DNA of 47,021 nucleotides, taken from a virus (taxonomy: Duplodnaviria; Caudoviricetes). The stretch is from positions 1 to 47,021 of IMG/VR virus record IMGVR_UViG_3300038334_000146. One strand, written 5' to 3'. The notes under the pieces are model-generated. The model was given only the letters and a program-made list of their open reading frames with translations. It did not search any database and was not told the origin of the DNA. This document shows positions 38,096 through 46,838 of the stretch, one piece after another (the stretch's first letter is position 1; every line of letters starts with the position of its first letter). A program made the translations under genes and the position numbers.

Positions 38096-38417
38096 ATTTC
38101 GTATTCAAATTATCCAGTGCATCATGGGGTATCATGGGATTGTAATAGATCATATCATAGTCTTTTGCTGGTATTCGTGGTATTTGGAGTTCTGAATAAA
38201 TATTGATTAATGTAGTATCGGCAAGGATTACTTTATCCTGGATATATGCTTCATAAGGGATTGTTTGATGGTTTAATCGCCTCATGATGCTTTGCATTAT
38301 ATTATTTGTTTCATTACCATCCTTGGAGATTATTAAAACATGTTCCTTTTTATTCACAATTTTTAGAATGGTTTTTGTCATTCCATGAATGCCAGCTACT
38401 GCTTCTAATTTACTCAT
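38082..38417 (-). CDS. Hypothetical protein
   Basis: 111-aa ORF, translationally coupled. Confidence 0.55.
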   Translation of the reverse strand: MSKLEAVAGIHGMTKTILKIVNKKEHVLIISKDGNETNNIMQSIMRRLNHQTIPYEAYIQDKVILADTTLINIYSELQIPRIPAKDYDMIYYNPMIPHDALDNLNTKFGGK

Positions 38418-39142
38418 TTTCCCACCACTGCAGCTGAAAAATCCATTAAAGTAACTGGTTTAGTTTCCTCTTTAATAATCCCTGTTGAGTTTTTCAGTTG
38501 TTTTAATTCTTTAGAATTGAATTTCCTAATATGTGGAATGCCACTATTAACATGGAGTACTTCATTAACTTTCCAAGCATCAAAATATTCTAATGTTAAT
38601 GTGTTACCCCAAATCACATCTGCTTGTAGGCCATGTACTAAGAAATTACAAATAGTCATTTTAGCACAGGTCATGTCGATGTCCTGGGCAACATAATAGT
38701 TTCCTAAGTTTTTCACGTGGAAACTCATTAGGCATCGCCCACTTCCACAGCTGGGATCATTGATCAATAATCCTTTATTCTTCGTGCCTGTATTCATGGC
38801 TGTCATGAGATCACAGATAGTTGCTGGTGTGAAGAATTGTCCTGCTCCTTGTCTTCCTGATTTGGAACTAATCTCTGCTTCATAGTAGATACCAAAGAAA
38901 TCAAACCAATCAGTATCAGTGATGCATTTCTGGTCCATGACTTTGATGAACTCCAGATACATTAACCAGAAGACTTGCATCTCTGCTTCATTATAGGATT
39001 TTTCCCAGGTCACAGTTTTATCAATAGAAAAACTAGCAATAGCATAATCCAGGAAATCATCAAACACTAAGGCTGCACCATATCGTGGTGTAAGTCTTTG
39101 CATTAGATTATGAAATTCTTTAAATTCATTGGGAGCATCCAT
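38414..39142 (-). CDS. N6-adenine MTase-like (HsdM-like) SAM-binding protein lacking NPPY
   Basis: GQFFTP, DPSCGSG, AQDID, GNTL are present; no (N/D)PPY/F before the stop; start moved to 39142 after AGGAGG. Confidence 0.75.
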   Translation of the reverse strand: MDAPNEFKEFHNLMQRLTPRYGAALVFDDFLDYAIASFSIDKTVTWEKSYNEAEMQVFWLMYLEFIKVMDQKCITDTDWFDFFGIYYEAEISSKSGRQGAGQFFTPATICDLMTAMNTGTKNKGLLINDPSCGSGRCLMSFHVKNLGNYYVAQDIDMTCAKMTICNFLVHGLQADVIWGNTLTLEYFDAWKVNEVLHVNSGIPHIRKFNSKELKQLKNSTGIIKEETKPVTLMDFSAAVVGK

Positions 39143-39305
39143 TTTGCTCCCTCCTTTCATTGTATTCCTTAATTCTATTGTAGCAAGTATTTCGTGATGC
39201 TCCAGTTTCATTAGAAAATGTCTTATAACTGGTCCCATCTCTTTCTTTTCTTTTGGCCATGGATGCGACTTGATCTTCTGATAAAATAACGTGTCTTTTA
39301 CTCAT
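39126..39305 (-). CDS. 59-aa HTH protein (…SYKTFSNETGASRNTCYNRIKEY…)
   Basis: Read by hand; not in the ORF track; ATGA overlap with the upstream gene. Confidence 0.6.
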   Translation of the reverse strand: MSKRHVILSEDQVASMAKRKERDGTSYKTFSNETGASRNTCYNRIKEYNERREQNGCSQ

Positions 39306-39598
39306 AAGATCACGCTACCTGCTACAGTTACAACCCGGATTTGGCCATTCTCTGGTCGGTTATTTTCCCAACGTTCTACTCTCATGAGCTTTTTATATGC
39401 ATTCCGAGTGTTGAGGTCTATACGGTACATTCCTCGTGAACCTGTTTTTCTCCAGAGTTTCAGGATTTGAATATCTTCTGGTCGTAAACGTTCACTTCTG
39501 CGAATACATTCAATATCATGATCCAATTGATCCAGCAGCTGAATGAATTGAGGACCTTGAATATTAGCATTAAAATTAATTTCAACAAGATTAATCAT
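39302..39598 (-). CDS. Hypothetical protein
   Basis: 98-aa ORF, coupled at both ends. Confidence 0.55.
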   Translation of the reverse strand: MINLVEINFNANIQGPQFIQLLDQLDHDIECIRRSERLRPEDIQILKLWRKTGSRGMYRIDLNTRNAYKKLMRVERWENNRPENGQIRVVTVAGSVIL

Positions 39599-39717
39599 TT
39601 GCTCAGCTCCATATCTTTAGCCCAAGCTGTGAGATTATCTAATGCTTCAATTCCTTCTTTTCGTATTTTCTCAACTTCAGATTCCTTTTTAGTCTTTTTG
39701 GTTGCCGCCTTTGACAT
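39595..39717 (-). CDS. 40-aa basic peptide (MSKAATKKTKKESEVEKIRKEG...)
   Basis: Read by hand; AGGTGA RBS; ATGA overlap downstream. Confidence 0.55.
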   Translation of the reverse strand: MSKAATKKTKKESEVEKIRKEGIEALDNLTAWAKDMELSK

Positions 39718-39721
39718 GTTT

Positions 39722-40000
39722 TCACCTGTATTTGATGTGTTTTAAAAAAATAAAATAAAATATTAAATAAAAGATGGTTGCCCAGATGTGTTTGCAGATA
39801 AACGTCCCATACTCCTTTTTCCATCGGTTATGGTGGTCATCACAATCACACCTGTAGATTTCATCAAGAACACTAACCATATAGTCATTAGTTCCCTGGA
39901 CTTTGAAGATTAATAGATCATCACTTTTAAAGTCAAGAGATACTTTTTTCTTAATGAATAACTCCCATCCTTTAATAAATCTATTAAATATCCGATTCAC
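39722..40000 (-). CDS. SWIM Zn-finger protein
   Basis: FKVQG..DYMV...CDCDD...CKHIWA. Confidence 0.75.
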   Translation of the reverse strand: MNRIFNRFIKGWELFIKKKVSLDFKSDDLLIFKVQGTNDYMVSVLDEIYRCDCDDHHNRWKKEYGTFICKHIWATIFYLIFYFIFLKHIKYR

Positions 40001-40072
40001 CTGTTACTTCCTCATTTTTCCATTCAAAGACTAATTTGGCTTGATAAGGGTTTAGGTTTCTAAATGACATTT

Positions 40073-40687
40073 TTATCCATCCAATTTGCTTATTATTTTA
40101 TCATAATCTGCTTGGGTCATCCTATCCATCCCAAATAGTTCTTCTACTTTAGCTTTGAAATTCTCTAAAGTCATGTCAATACCATCAGAGCGTATTAATC
40201 CAGCAATATAATCCATGTCTTTATCTTTGAATCTACTAACATCGAATTCTACTATATTAGCCTGGCCTTCATCAGTATCAAATTTTTTAAGTCCTATTTT
40301 GTAGGTGTGGTATTTTCCTTTCCCTTTTTTTACTTTAACTTTCCCAGTGTATTCTAATTTGATTGCATCCCCGGGTTTGAGATTTTTTAGCCTGGATTTG
40401 AGGAATTTATTTTCAGTCACACTGTAAATCAAGTAAGGATTTTCTTTATCTGCTTTTTCTGATTCATCTTTAACTAGGATAAGTAAACCATAGAATGGAT
40501 CTCCATCAGAATCCATGAATTCTCTTTTTTCTACAAAAATTCCTTTAAGAACTTCATTCATGTCTGGTTTCCAGAATTCATCAATCACATAACTTGTTTG
40601 TGGAACCTCTAAATCTCCTTCATTCATTTTTAAGAAGTTCTCTAATCTTTCTTCAAATCCAGTTAATTCCGCTTCCATCTTAATCAC
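40073..40687 (-). CDS. OB-fold ssDNA-binding-like protein
   Basis: WKP...LKG......L...LKPGD.IKLEYTGK.......YH.YKI pattern of viral OB-fold proteins. Confidence 0.55.
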   Translation of the reverse strand: MIKMEAELTGFEERLENFLKMNEGDLEVPQTSYVIDEFWKPDMNEVLKGIFVEKREFMDSDGDPFYGLLILVKDESEKADKENPYLIYSVTENKFLKSRLKNLKPGDAIKLEYTGKVKVKKGKGKYHTYKIGLKKFDTDEGQANIVEFDVSRFKDKDMDYIAGLIRSDGIDMTLENFKAKVEELFGMDRMTQADYDKIISKLDG

Positions 40688-40902
40688 CCAGTCAGTTGCC
40701 CTAATTCATCTAAAACTTTCTTTTGAGCTTCAAGCACTGCTCGAACCCTATTTTTACCAACAGATTTACTTTTTGGAATTTTGGCATCAATCAAAATAAT
40801 TAATGTTTCCATATCTAAACCTGCATCGAGCATCGTTTGCATTCCATTTCTTATTGCTTCCATATCTTCTGCTAATTTCATTGCTACAGTCTTTTCTTCC
40901 AT
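40684..40902 (-). CDS. Hypothetical helical protein
   Basis: 72-aa ORF with AAGGTG RBS. Confidence 0.55.
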   Translation of the reverse strand: MEEKTVAMKLAEDMEAIRNGMQTMLDAGLDMETLIILIDAKIPKSKSVGKNRVRAVLEAQKKVLDELGQLTG

Positions 40903-40966
40903 TTTTACACCTTTTTATTATTAAATTTCAATTTTAAGATGATCTTAAAATAAAATAAAAAATTAA

Positions 40967-41908
40967 TTATTGTTCCTGAAGTTTTCCCTTGGCTCTGGAG
41001 TCCAATAGGTCTGCATAATGCAATACAATAGCTTCAGGAGTATTGGGATTTACAACAGATCCCCAGCCATTAGTTACATCTCCATGATGTGAAAGGATTA
41101 AGTGCATTAGAGCATCTTTGTGTTCCTGTGGGAATGGTTCTCCATTCATAGCATGGTATCGTAAAAAAAGATCTTCTAGGAGTTTACTTGATAAATAGAG
41201 GTGGCCGAATGTTTCTCCTTCAGGTGTCATCGTGACCATGGTCTTATCAAGAGTATAAGTCTTGATTTTACCCATGTCATGGAGTAAAGCACCAGTAGAA
41301 AGCAAATCTTTATTCAGGTCTTTGTAACAGTGATTCATAGTATTGCAGATTTTCATGACATTTACACTGTGTTCTAAGTTACCAGAATTGTAATTGTGAT
41401 GATGTCTCATTGCAGCTGGTGATGTAGTGAAATTTTCCCAGTATTCAGATTCCATGAAACAGCAAACTAAGTTTTTAAAGACTTCATCCTTCATGAAACT
41501 GACCTGGTCCTTAACGTATTTGATGTTTAAGTTTCTATTGGTCTGTGCTTCAGGCTGGTAATCCTCAATATTAAAGTTTTTAGTCTTCTGGATTTTCATT
41601 ACAACCATATTGAATTTACCAGAATTTTCTGGGAATTCTTCAATTTTTCCACTGATTTTATGGACAATTCCAAGCTCTATTTTTCCAAATAGTTCCTGAA
41701 TTTCTAGGTTTGCACCTTCTTTGGTATCATTGAAGGATCCAAATTTCCGAGCAACCATAGTCCCAGTCTTATCTCCAAGGGTCATTTCAATATATTTCTT
41801 ACCGTTTTTGGAGACTCTTATTTCCTTATCCATGATGACAAAGCAGTTATGTACACTAATTTGTTTTCTGAGGTCTTTGATGAAGATCTTTTTATCATCT
41901 TCCATCAT
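40967..41908 (-). CDS. yhaM: YhaM/Cbf1-like 3'-5' exonuclease (OB + HD domain)
   Basis: LGDKTG OB motif; PAAMRHHH...LEHS...LLHDMGK...ILSHHG...PEA..LHYADLLDS. Confidence 0.9.
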   Translation of the reverse strand: MMEDDKKIFIKDLRKQISVHNCFVIMDKEIRVSKNGKKYIEMTLGDKTGTMVARKFGSFNDTKEGANLEIQELFGKIELGIVHKISGKIEEFPENSGKFNMVVMKIQKTKNFNIEDYQPEAQTNRNLNIKYVKDQVSFMKDEVFKNLVCCFMESEYWENFTTSPAAMRHHHNYNSGNLEHSVNVMKICNTMNHCYKDLNKDLLSTGALLHDMGKIKTYTLDKTMVTMTPEGETFGHLYLSSKLLEDLFLRYHAMNGEPFPQEHKDALMHLILSHHGDVTNGWGSVVNPNTPEAIVLHYADLLDSRAKGKLQEQ

Positions 41909-42093
41909 TAGGCCCCCTGGGAAATCAGGTAGTAGTGTGGTCCTTCACTAGTTGCTAGTGCTGCAGCTCCTATCAAAATTAGTGATAGGATTATAGCTAG
42001 GACAAGGACTTCACGGCTCAAATAAACTGGGATTGCTGGTTTTTTATGTAAAGTCCTTGATGTTGAAAAATAGTATGAAATGAGTTTTAGCAT
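41908..42093 (-). CDS. Small single-TM protein
   Basis: Hydrophobic VLVLAIILSLILIGAAALA. Confidence 0.5.
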   Translation of the reverse strand: MLKLISYYFSTSRTLHKKPAIPVYLSREVLVLAIILSLILIGAAALATSEGPHYYLISQGA

Positions 42094-42638
42094 GATACCA
42101 CACCCCTAACTGTTAGGATGTTTTCATCAATTTTGAGTATTGGTGTGTATCCTACTATCCCATAGCTTCTTTGGATTGTGCTAATGAGTTCTTTGAGGCT
42201 GATTTGTGCGAATGTTTTGACTGTGGAGGGTCTGGTATTATGGTCAAGGTATGCTGTGAATGCTAATGCTCCAGATAAATCTGCCTGTGGATCATAATAG
42301 ATACTAGCAGTCATCTTTTGTGTTCCACCAAATCTAATGACTTTTAATTCCATTAATTTGATGTCACCATCGTTGTCCTGTTTTGCTGGATTCAGTAGTT
42401 CAATGGCGTGATCCATATCTTGTGGTCGGATGGTTCTGCGGCCATTTTCATTAGCGATTCTACTGGCCAGGTCACTGATTTCGTGTGCTTCCTGGTTGAT
42501 TTTATTTTCAAAAAAAGTTTGCAGGATTTCAGCTGAGTATCTACTAATTTTAGTAGCATGGCCTGGTCCTACATTTACGTGTTCTTTTAGCGTTTTCACA
42601 ACGTGTGAAAATGCTATTTTTACATTTTCGGGTTTCAT
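42087..42638 (-). CDS. Archaeal histone-fold protein with ~95-aa C-terminal extension
   Basis: KIS..SAE.L...E....EI...A..IA...GRRTIRPQDMDHAI aligns by eye with HMf RVS.DA..LA..LE...IA..A..LA.HAGRKTIKAEDIELA. Confidence 0.8.
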   Translation of the reverse strand: MKPENVKIAFSHVVKTLKEHVNVGPGHATKISRYSAEILQTFFENKINQEAHEISDLASRIANENGRRTIRPQDMDHAIELLNPAKQDNDGDIKLMELKVIRFGGTQKMTASIYYDPQADLSGALAFTAYLDHNTRPSTVKTFAQISLKELISTIQRSYGIVGYTPILKIDENILTVRGVVSC

Positions 42639-42699
42639 GTTTTTACCTATTTTAAGTTATTTCAAAGGTTGCCGTCTTTGAGTCAGGTTTTTCACCTGT

Positions 42700-42835
42700 T
42701 GTTTTATTCTATGAACTTTGGTATATATAAAGATTGCTATATTTATATAAATGTATATTGTGACCAATAATAATATATAACAATATATAAATACATAATA
42801 ATAACAAAAAAGAGATATAACAAGGAGGTGATAAT
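42700..42835. promoter_or_regulatory. Divergent AT-rich promoter region with TATA-like boxes on both strands
   Basis: TATATAAA/TTTATATA elements between the leftward early operon and the rightward RHH gene. Confidence 0.55.
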
Positions 42836-42865
42836 ATTTCTACAATCACCACAACGGAAGATATT

Positions 42866-43021
42866 ATGACCGAAACAATCGTACAACTTCATATAAGAGT
42901 AGACAAAACCATAAGAGATAACGTAAAAATAATGGCCATCAGAAGAGGAATGACACAAAATGACCTCTTACTCGAATACGTAGAAACTGGTCTCAAAAAA
43001 GACGAAAAGTTTCTGAAATAA
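42866..43021 (+). CDS. 51-aa ribbon-helix-helix regulator (MTETIVQLHIRVDKTIRDNVKIMAIRRGMTQNDLLLEYVETGL...)
   Basis: Read by hand; classic RHH alternating strand followed by helix-G-helix. Confidence 0.75.
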   Translation: MTETIVQLHIRVDKTIRDNVKIMAIRRGMTQNDLLLEYVETGLKKDEKFLK

Positions 43022-43411
43022 ACACATTAATTCTATTTTTGCCTCTAATCAAAAGGATAGTTCACAATATCAAAACTATCCATATTCGGTTGCCGCCTTC
43101 GATTATAAACTCTTTTTTACAAATAACTACAATACTTTCCTGTAGTTAACAAATATCTATTATCCTCAGTATTATTTAAGAGCCTGACCCAAGGGGGGAG
43201 GCGTAAACTGGGAAGTTATATTTAAGGTTAATTGTTTTCAAGTGTAAAATTATTTTTGTTAAACTCTAGTTTCAAAGTGTTCTTTAAGTTTTCATCTTTT
43301 TAGGGACTATTTTTTAGAATTATCTTTTAGGAAATCCATTTGTCCCGAAAAACTTTTATATTAATTATAGTAAATATACTGTATATGTAAAGTATATATG
43401 GAGTATATATA

Positions 43412-43639
43412 ATGCATAATGAAGCTGATAAAAAAAATTCTTCTCACTCAACAGTGACTTTACCTCGGGAAATGGCAGAAGAATATGAAAAGATTATAAA
43501 AGCAAATGAATCTTTAGGATTTGGATCATTTAGAGAATTCGTTAAAGACGCAGTAAGAACCAGTATTGCGAAATATCAAGAAATAGAACTTAAAAATCAT
43601 GAACTAAGAAATAAAAGAGATAATGGGGCCAATAAATGA
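43412..43639 (+). CDS. Ribbon-helix-helix (CopG-like) regulator
   Basis: STVTLPREM.E.....I....GFGSFREFVKDAVR. Confidence 0.8.
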   Translation: MHNEADKKNSSHSTVTLPREMAEEYEKIIKANESLGFGSFREFVKDAVRTSIAKYQEIELKNHELRNKRDNGANK

Positions 43640-45546
43640 CAAATGAAAAAGTCACTGATATTTTCATAGCTACTCTTTTAAAAGAATCTGGAATTAAGTA
43701 TATTCCTAATGATGGAATCACTAAAGAAGTAAAAGAAGCTTTAAAAACTGCATCTAAAAATCAAACAGGAAAACAAGGTTTTCCAGAATTCACAGCACAA
43801 TCTGAAGAATTTATACTAGTTATTGAAGATAAAGCAGATCTTAATAAACACGCTTCATTTGAAAATAAAGAAAAAACTATTTTATCAAATGATCCAAAAT
43901 CAGTCAAAAATTTTGCCATGAATGGAGCAGTACATTATGCTCAAAAAATAGTGGATCAAACTAATTTTAAAAAAGTATTTGCCTTTGGTTGTAGTGGAGA
44001 TGAAAAACACCATAAAATAAGACCAATCTTTGTTGATGCGAAGGAATATAAAATTTTACCAGAAGTGGAAAACTTTGAAAATTTCACCCAAGAAAACATT
44101 ATGAATTATTATAATGAACAAGTCCTTGGTAAAATGCCTGAAGAAGAAAAAGAGATAATGACTCTTTGTGAAAAATCAAAAGACCTTCATGAATTTTTAA
44201 GAAACTATGGACAATTAGGTGAAACAGAAAAACCACTAGTAGTCTCAGCTATTTTATTAGCATTAAATGATAGTGAAAATGAAAATTTATTAGATAATCT
44301 TAAAGGGCGAGAAACAAAAACCGATGGGGAATGGATATTTGAGGCACTTGGAATAAGTTTAAAAAATTCAGAAGTGCCTTTTGAAAAAACTGAAGTTATC
44401 TTAAATCAATTTACAATAATCAAAGATAGAAGATACTTAAATGAAATTGATAACAGATTGGGAAAAACTCCTTTAAAATACTTCTCTGAATTCATTAAAG
44501 ACAACATATCTGATAAAATTAATTCTTATAACTCACCAGCAGATGTTTTAGGCAAATTTTATGGTGAATTTATGAAATATAGTGGGGGTGATGGCCAAAC
44601 ATTAGGTATTGTATTAACTCCACAACATATAACTGAATTATTCTGCGATTTACTTGAATTAAACCAAGATGATGTGATTTTCGATCCATGCTGTGGTACC
44701 GGAGGGTTTTTACTAGCTGGAATGCACAAAATGATTGAAAGTGCAAATAATGATGAAAAAAAGATCAATAATATAAAAAAGAATCAAATTTATGGTATTG
44801 AAGTTCGTGAAGAGATGTTTTCCATCGCAACTACTAATATGATATTACGTGGTGATGGTAAAAGTAATCTGAGAAGAGAAGATTTCTTAAAAATTGATCC
44901 TAAAGAATTACAAAAAGATAAATATACCGTAGGATTAATGAATCCACCTTACAGTCAAAAAAATAATAAAGAAACTGCTCACCTATCTGAGCTGCATTTT
45001 ATTGAACATTTACTTGATTCATTAAATAATAATGCTCGTTGTGCGGTAATTGTTCCACAATCTACAATGATTGGACAATATAATGAAGATAAACAAGTCA
45101 AAAAGAATATTCTGAAAAAGCACACATTAGAAGGAGTTATTACTCTCAACTCCGAAACTTTTTACAAAGTTGGTGTTAATCCATGTATTGCTATATTCAC
45201 AGCCCATAATCCCCACCAAAAAGAAAAAAGATGTAAATTTGTTAATTTTAAGGATGATGGGTTTATTACCCGCAAACATATAGGGCTTGTTAAAACAGAA
45301 CGTGTAAAAGAAAAAAAAGAGCATTTGTTGAAATGTTGGCAGGATAAAAAAGATGCTGAAACAAAATTCATGGTTAAAACACAAATAGAAGCTGACGATG
45401 AATGGTTACACTCTTTTTATTACTTCAATGATGAATTACCAAATCATGAAGACTTTGAAAAATCAATAGCAGAATATCTAACATTTGAATTTGACATGGT
45501 AATGAAAGGTAAAGAATATTTATTTTTAAATGAGGAGTCTTTATGA
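43636..45546 (+). CDS. Type IIB (BcgI-like) R-M alpha subunit: endonuclease plus N6-adenine MTase
   Basis: N-terminal G.PEF...VIEDK nuclease-like motif; GIVLTP, DPCCGTGGFL, MNPPYS. Confidence 0.85.
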   Translation: MTNEKVTDIFIATLLKESGIKYIPNDGITKEVKEALKTASKNQTGKQGFPEFTAQSEEFILVIEDKADLNKHASFENKEKTILSNDPKSVKNFAMNGAVHYAQKIVDQTNFKKVFAFGCSGDEKHHKIRPIFVDAKEYKILPEVENFENFTQENIMNYYNEQVLGKMPEEEKEIMTLCEKSKDLHEFLRNYGQLGETEKPLVVSAILLALNDSENENLLDNLKGRETKTDGEWIFEALGISLKNSEVPFEKTEVILNQFTIIKDRRYLNEIDNRLGKTPLKYFSEFIKDNISDKINSYNSPADVLGKFYGEFMKYSGGDGQTLGIVLTPQHITELFCDLLELNQDDVIFDPCCGTGGFLLAGMHKMIESANNDEKKINNIKKNQIYGIEVREEMFSIATTNMILRGDGKSNLRREDFLKIDPKELQKDKYTVGLMNPPYSQKNNKETAHLSELHFIEHLLDSLNNNARCAVIVPQSTMIGQYNEDKQVKKNILKKHTLEGVITLNSETFYKVGVNPCIAIFTAHNPHQKEKRCKFVNFKDDGFITRKHIGLVKTERVKEKKEHLLKCWQDKKDAETKFMVKTQIEADDEWLHSFYYFNDELPNHEDFEKSIAEYLTFEFDMVMKGKEYLFLNEESL

Positions 45547-46649
45547 TTAATAAAGATTTTTCGGATTTAAAATGGAAAGAATTTTCTTTCGATGAAATCT
45601 TTGATATTAAGAATGGTTTTTATAATAAAAAACCTGAAATGTCTAATTCAGAAAGAATTCCATTTTTGGGCGCAACATCAAATAATAACGGAATAACCGG
45701 TTTTTCTTCTTTAGAAAGAATTGAAAAATCTTCTAAAACTGGGCATGGTAAAAATCACCCATTAGAAAAAAAGATTTTTGATGGTAACTGTATAGCTGTG
45801 ACAAATAATGGTTCAGTAGGATATGCATATTATCAAAAAAATAAATTCACATGTAGTCATGATATTAATCCACTTTATTTAAAAAATCATACTCTTAACA
45901 GATATATCGCATTTTTTTTAATTGCACTCATTGAAAAACAGAAAATTTGTTTTGAGTATAGTCGAAAATGGCGACCTGAAAGGATGAAAAAATCTAAAAT
46001 TATTATACCTGTGACAAAAAAAGGTATTCCAGATTGGAATTTCATGGAAGAATACACAAGATCAAAAGAGAGAATTTTACTTAAAAAATATGTATCTCAT
46101 TTAATGAAAGAGCTTAATAGAATTAATACTGAATTTGAAATTACAGATATATCATCCATAAAGTGGGGTGAATTTTTTATTTCAGATATTAGTGAAATCG
46201 AGTCTGGAAGAGATATCTATGGGCCTGAAAGAATCAAAGGCAACATTCCATATATTTCTGCCAAATCTAAAGATAATGGTATTGGTCATTTTGTAGGTAA
46301 TGAAAATAATACTTTGGAAAATAATTGCATATCAGTTAACCGAAATGGATCTGTTGGTTATGCTTTTTATCATCCATATAAAGCACTATATTCCAATGAT
46401 TGTCGGAAAATACGTCTAAACAAAAATAAGCATGTTTCACTTTTTATTGCTAATCAGATCACTTCTCAAAGAGGTAAATATGGTTATGGGTATAAAATGG
46501 GCACTGGAAGACTAAAAAGGCAAAAAATCATGCTTCCAGTAGATGATAACGATAATCCTGATTGGGATTTCATGGAATATTATATTAAACAAATAGAATA
46601 TAAAAAAATTAATAAGTATTTGGATTATATTGAAGACAGAATTAATTAA
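45543..46649 (+). CDS. Type IIB R-M specificity (beta/HsdS-like) subunit with two TRDs
   Basis: Two repeats W.EF...IP....NNGI...NGSVGYA.Y...PDW.FME.Y; ATGA overlap with alpha. Confidence 0.85.
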   Translation: MINKDFSDLKWKEFSFDEIFDIKNGFYNKKPEMSNSERIPFLGATSNNNGITGFSSLERIEKSSKTGHGKNHPLEKKIFDGNCIAVTNNGSVGYAYYQKNKFTCSHDINPLYLKNHTLNRYIAFFLIALIEKQKICFEYSRKWRPERMKKSKIIIPVTKKGIPDWNFMEEYTRSKERILLKKYVSHLMKELNRINTEFEITDISSIKWGEFFISDISEIESGRDIYGPERIKGNIPYISAKSKDNGIGHFVGNENNTLENNCISVNRNGSVGYAFYHPYKALYSNDCRKIRLNKNKHVSLFIANQITSQRGKYGYGYKMGTGRLKRQKIMLPVDDNDNPDWDFMEYYIKQIEYKKINKYLDYIEDRIN

Positions 46650-46838
46650 TTATTTTAGTCTAAATTTTCTTTTTCTGATAAAAATTAATAAATAAAACTC
46701 AGAATAAATATAAAACCTGATTACCTTCCAGAAACCTTGTCTCCTTTTGGTTTCTATAACCAAATATTTGGGAGGTAATCAACTATTATCATAATTAAAT
46801 CATATTAAAATAAAAATAATTAATTATAAAATAATTTA

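Larger units (their letters stand above)
33808..43102 (-). repeat. Dispersed 15-bp motif, minus-strand consensus TCRAAGRCGGCAACC, at 33808, 33904, 35004, 39700, 42667, 43088 (variant 33247)
   Basis: Plus-strand GGTTGCCGYCTT core at each site, same orientation; no copy noticed in the late region. Confidence 0.8.

Noticed and set aside
42743-42958. 71-aa minus-strand ORF in the switch region
   Set aside because: Antisense to the convincing RHH gene and runs through AT-rich promoter DNA.
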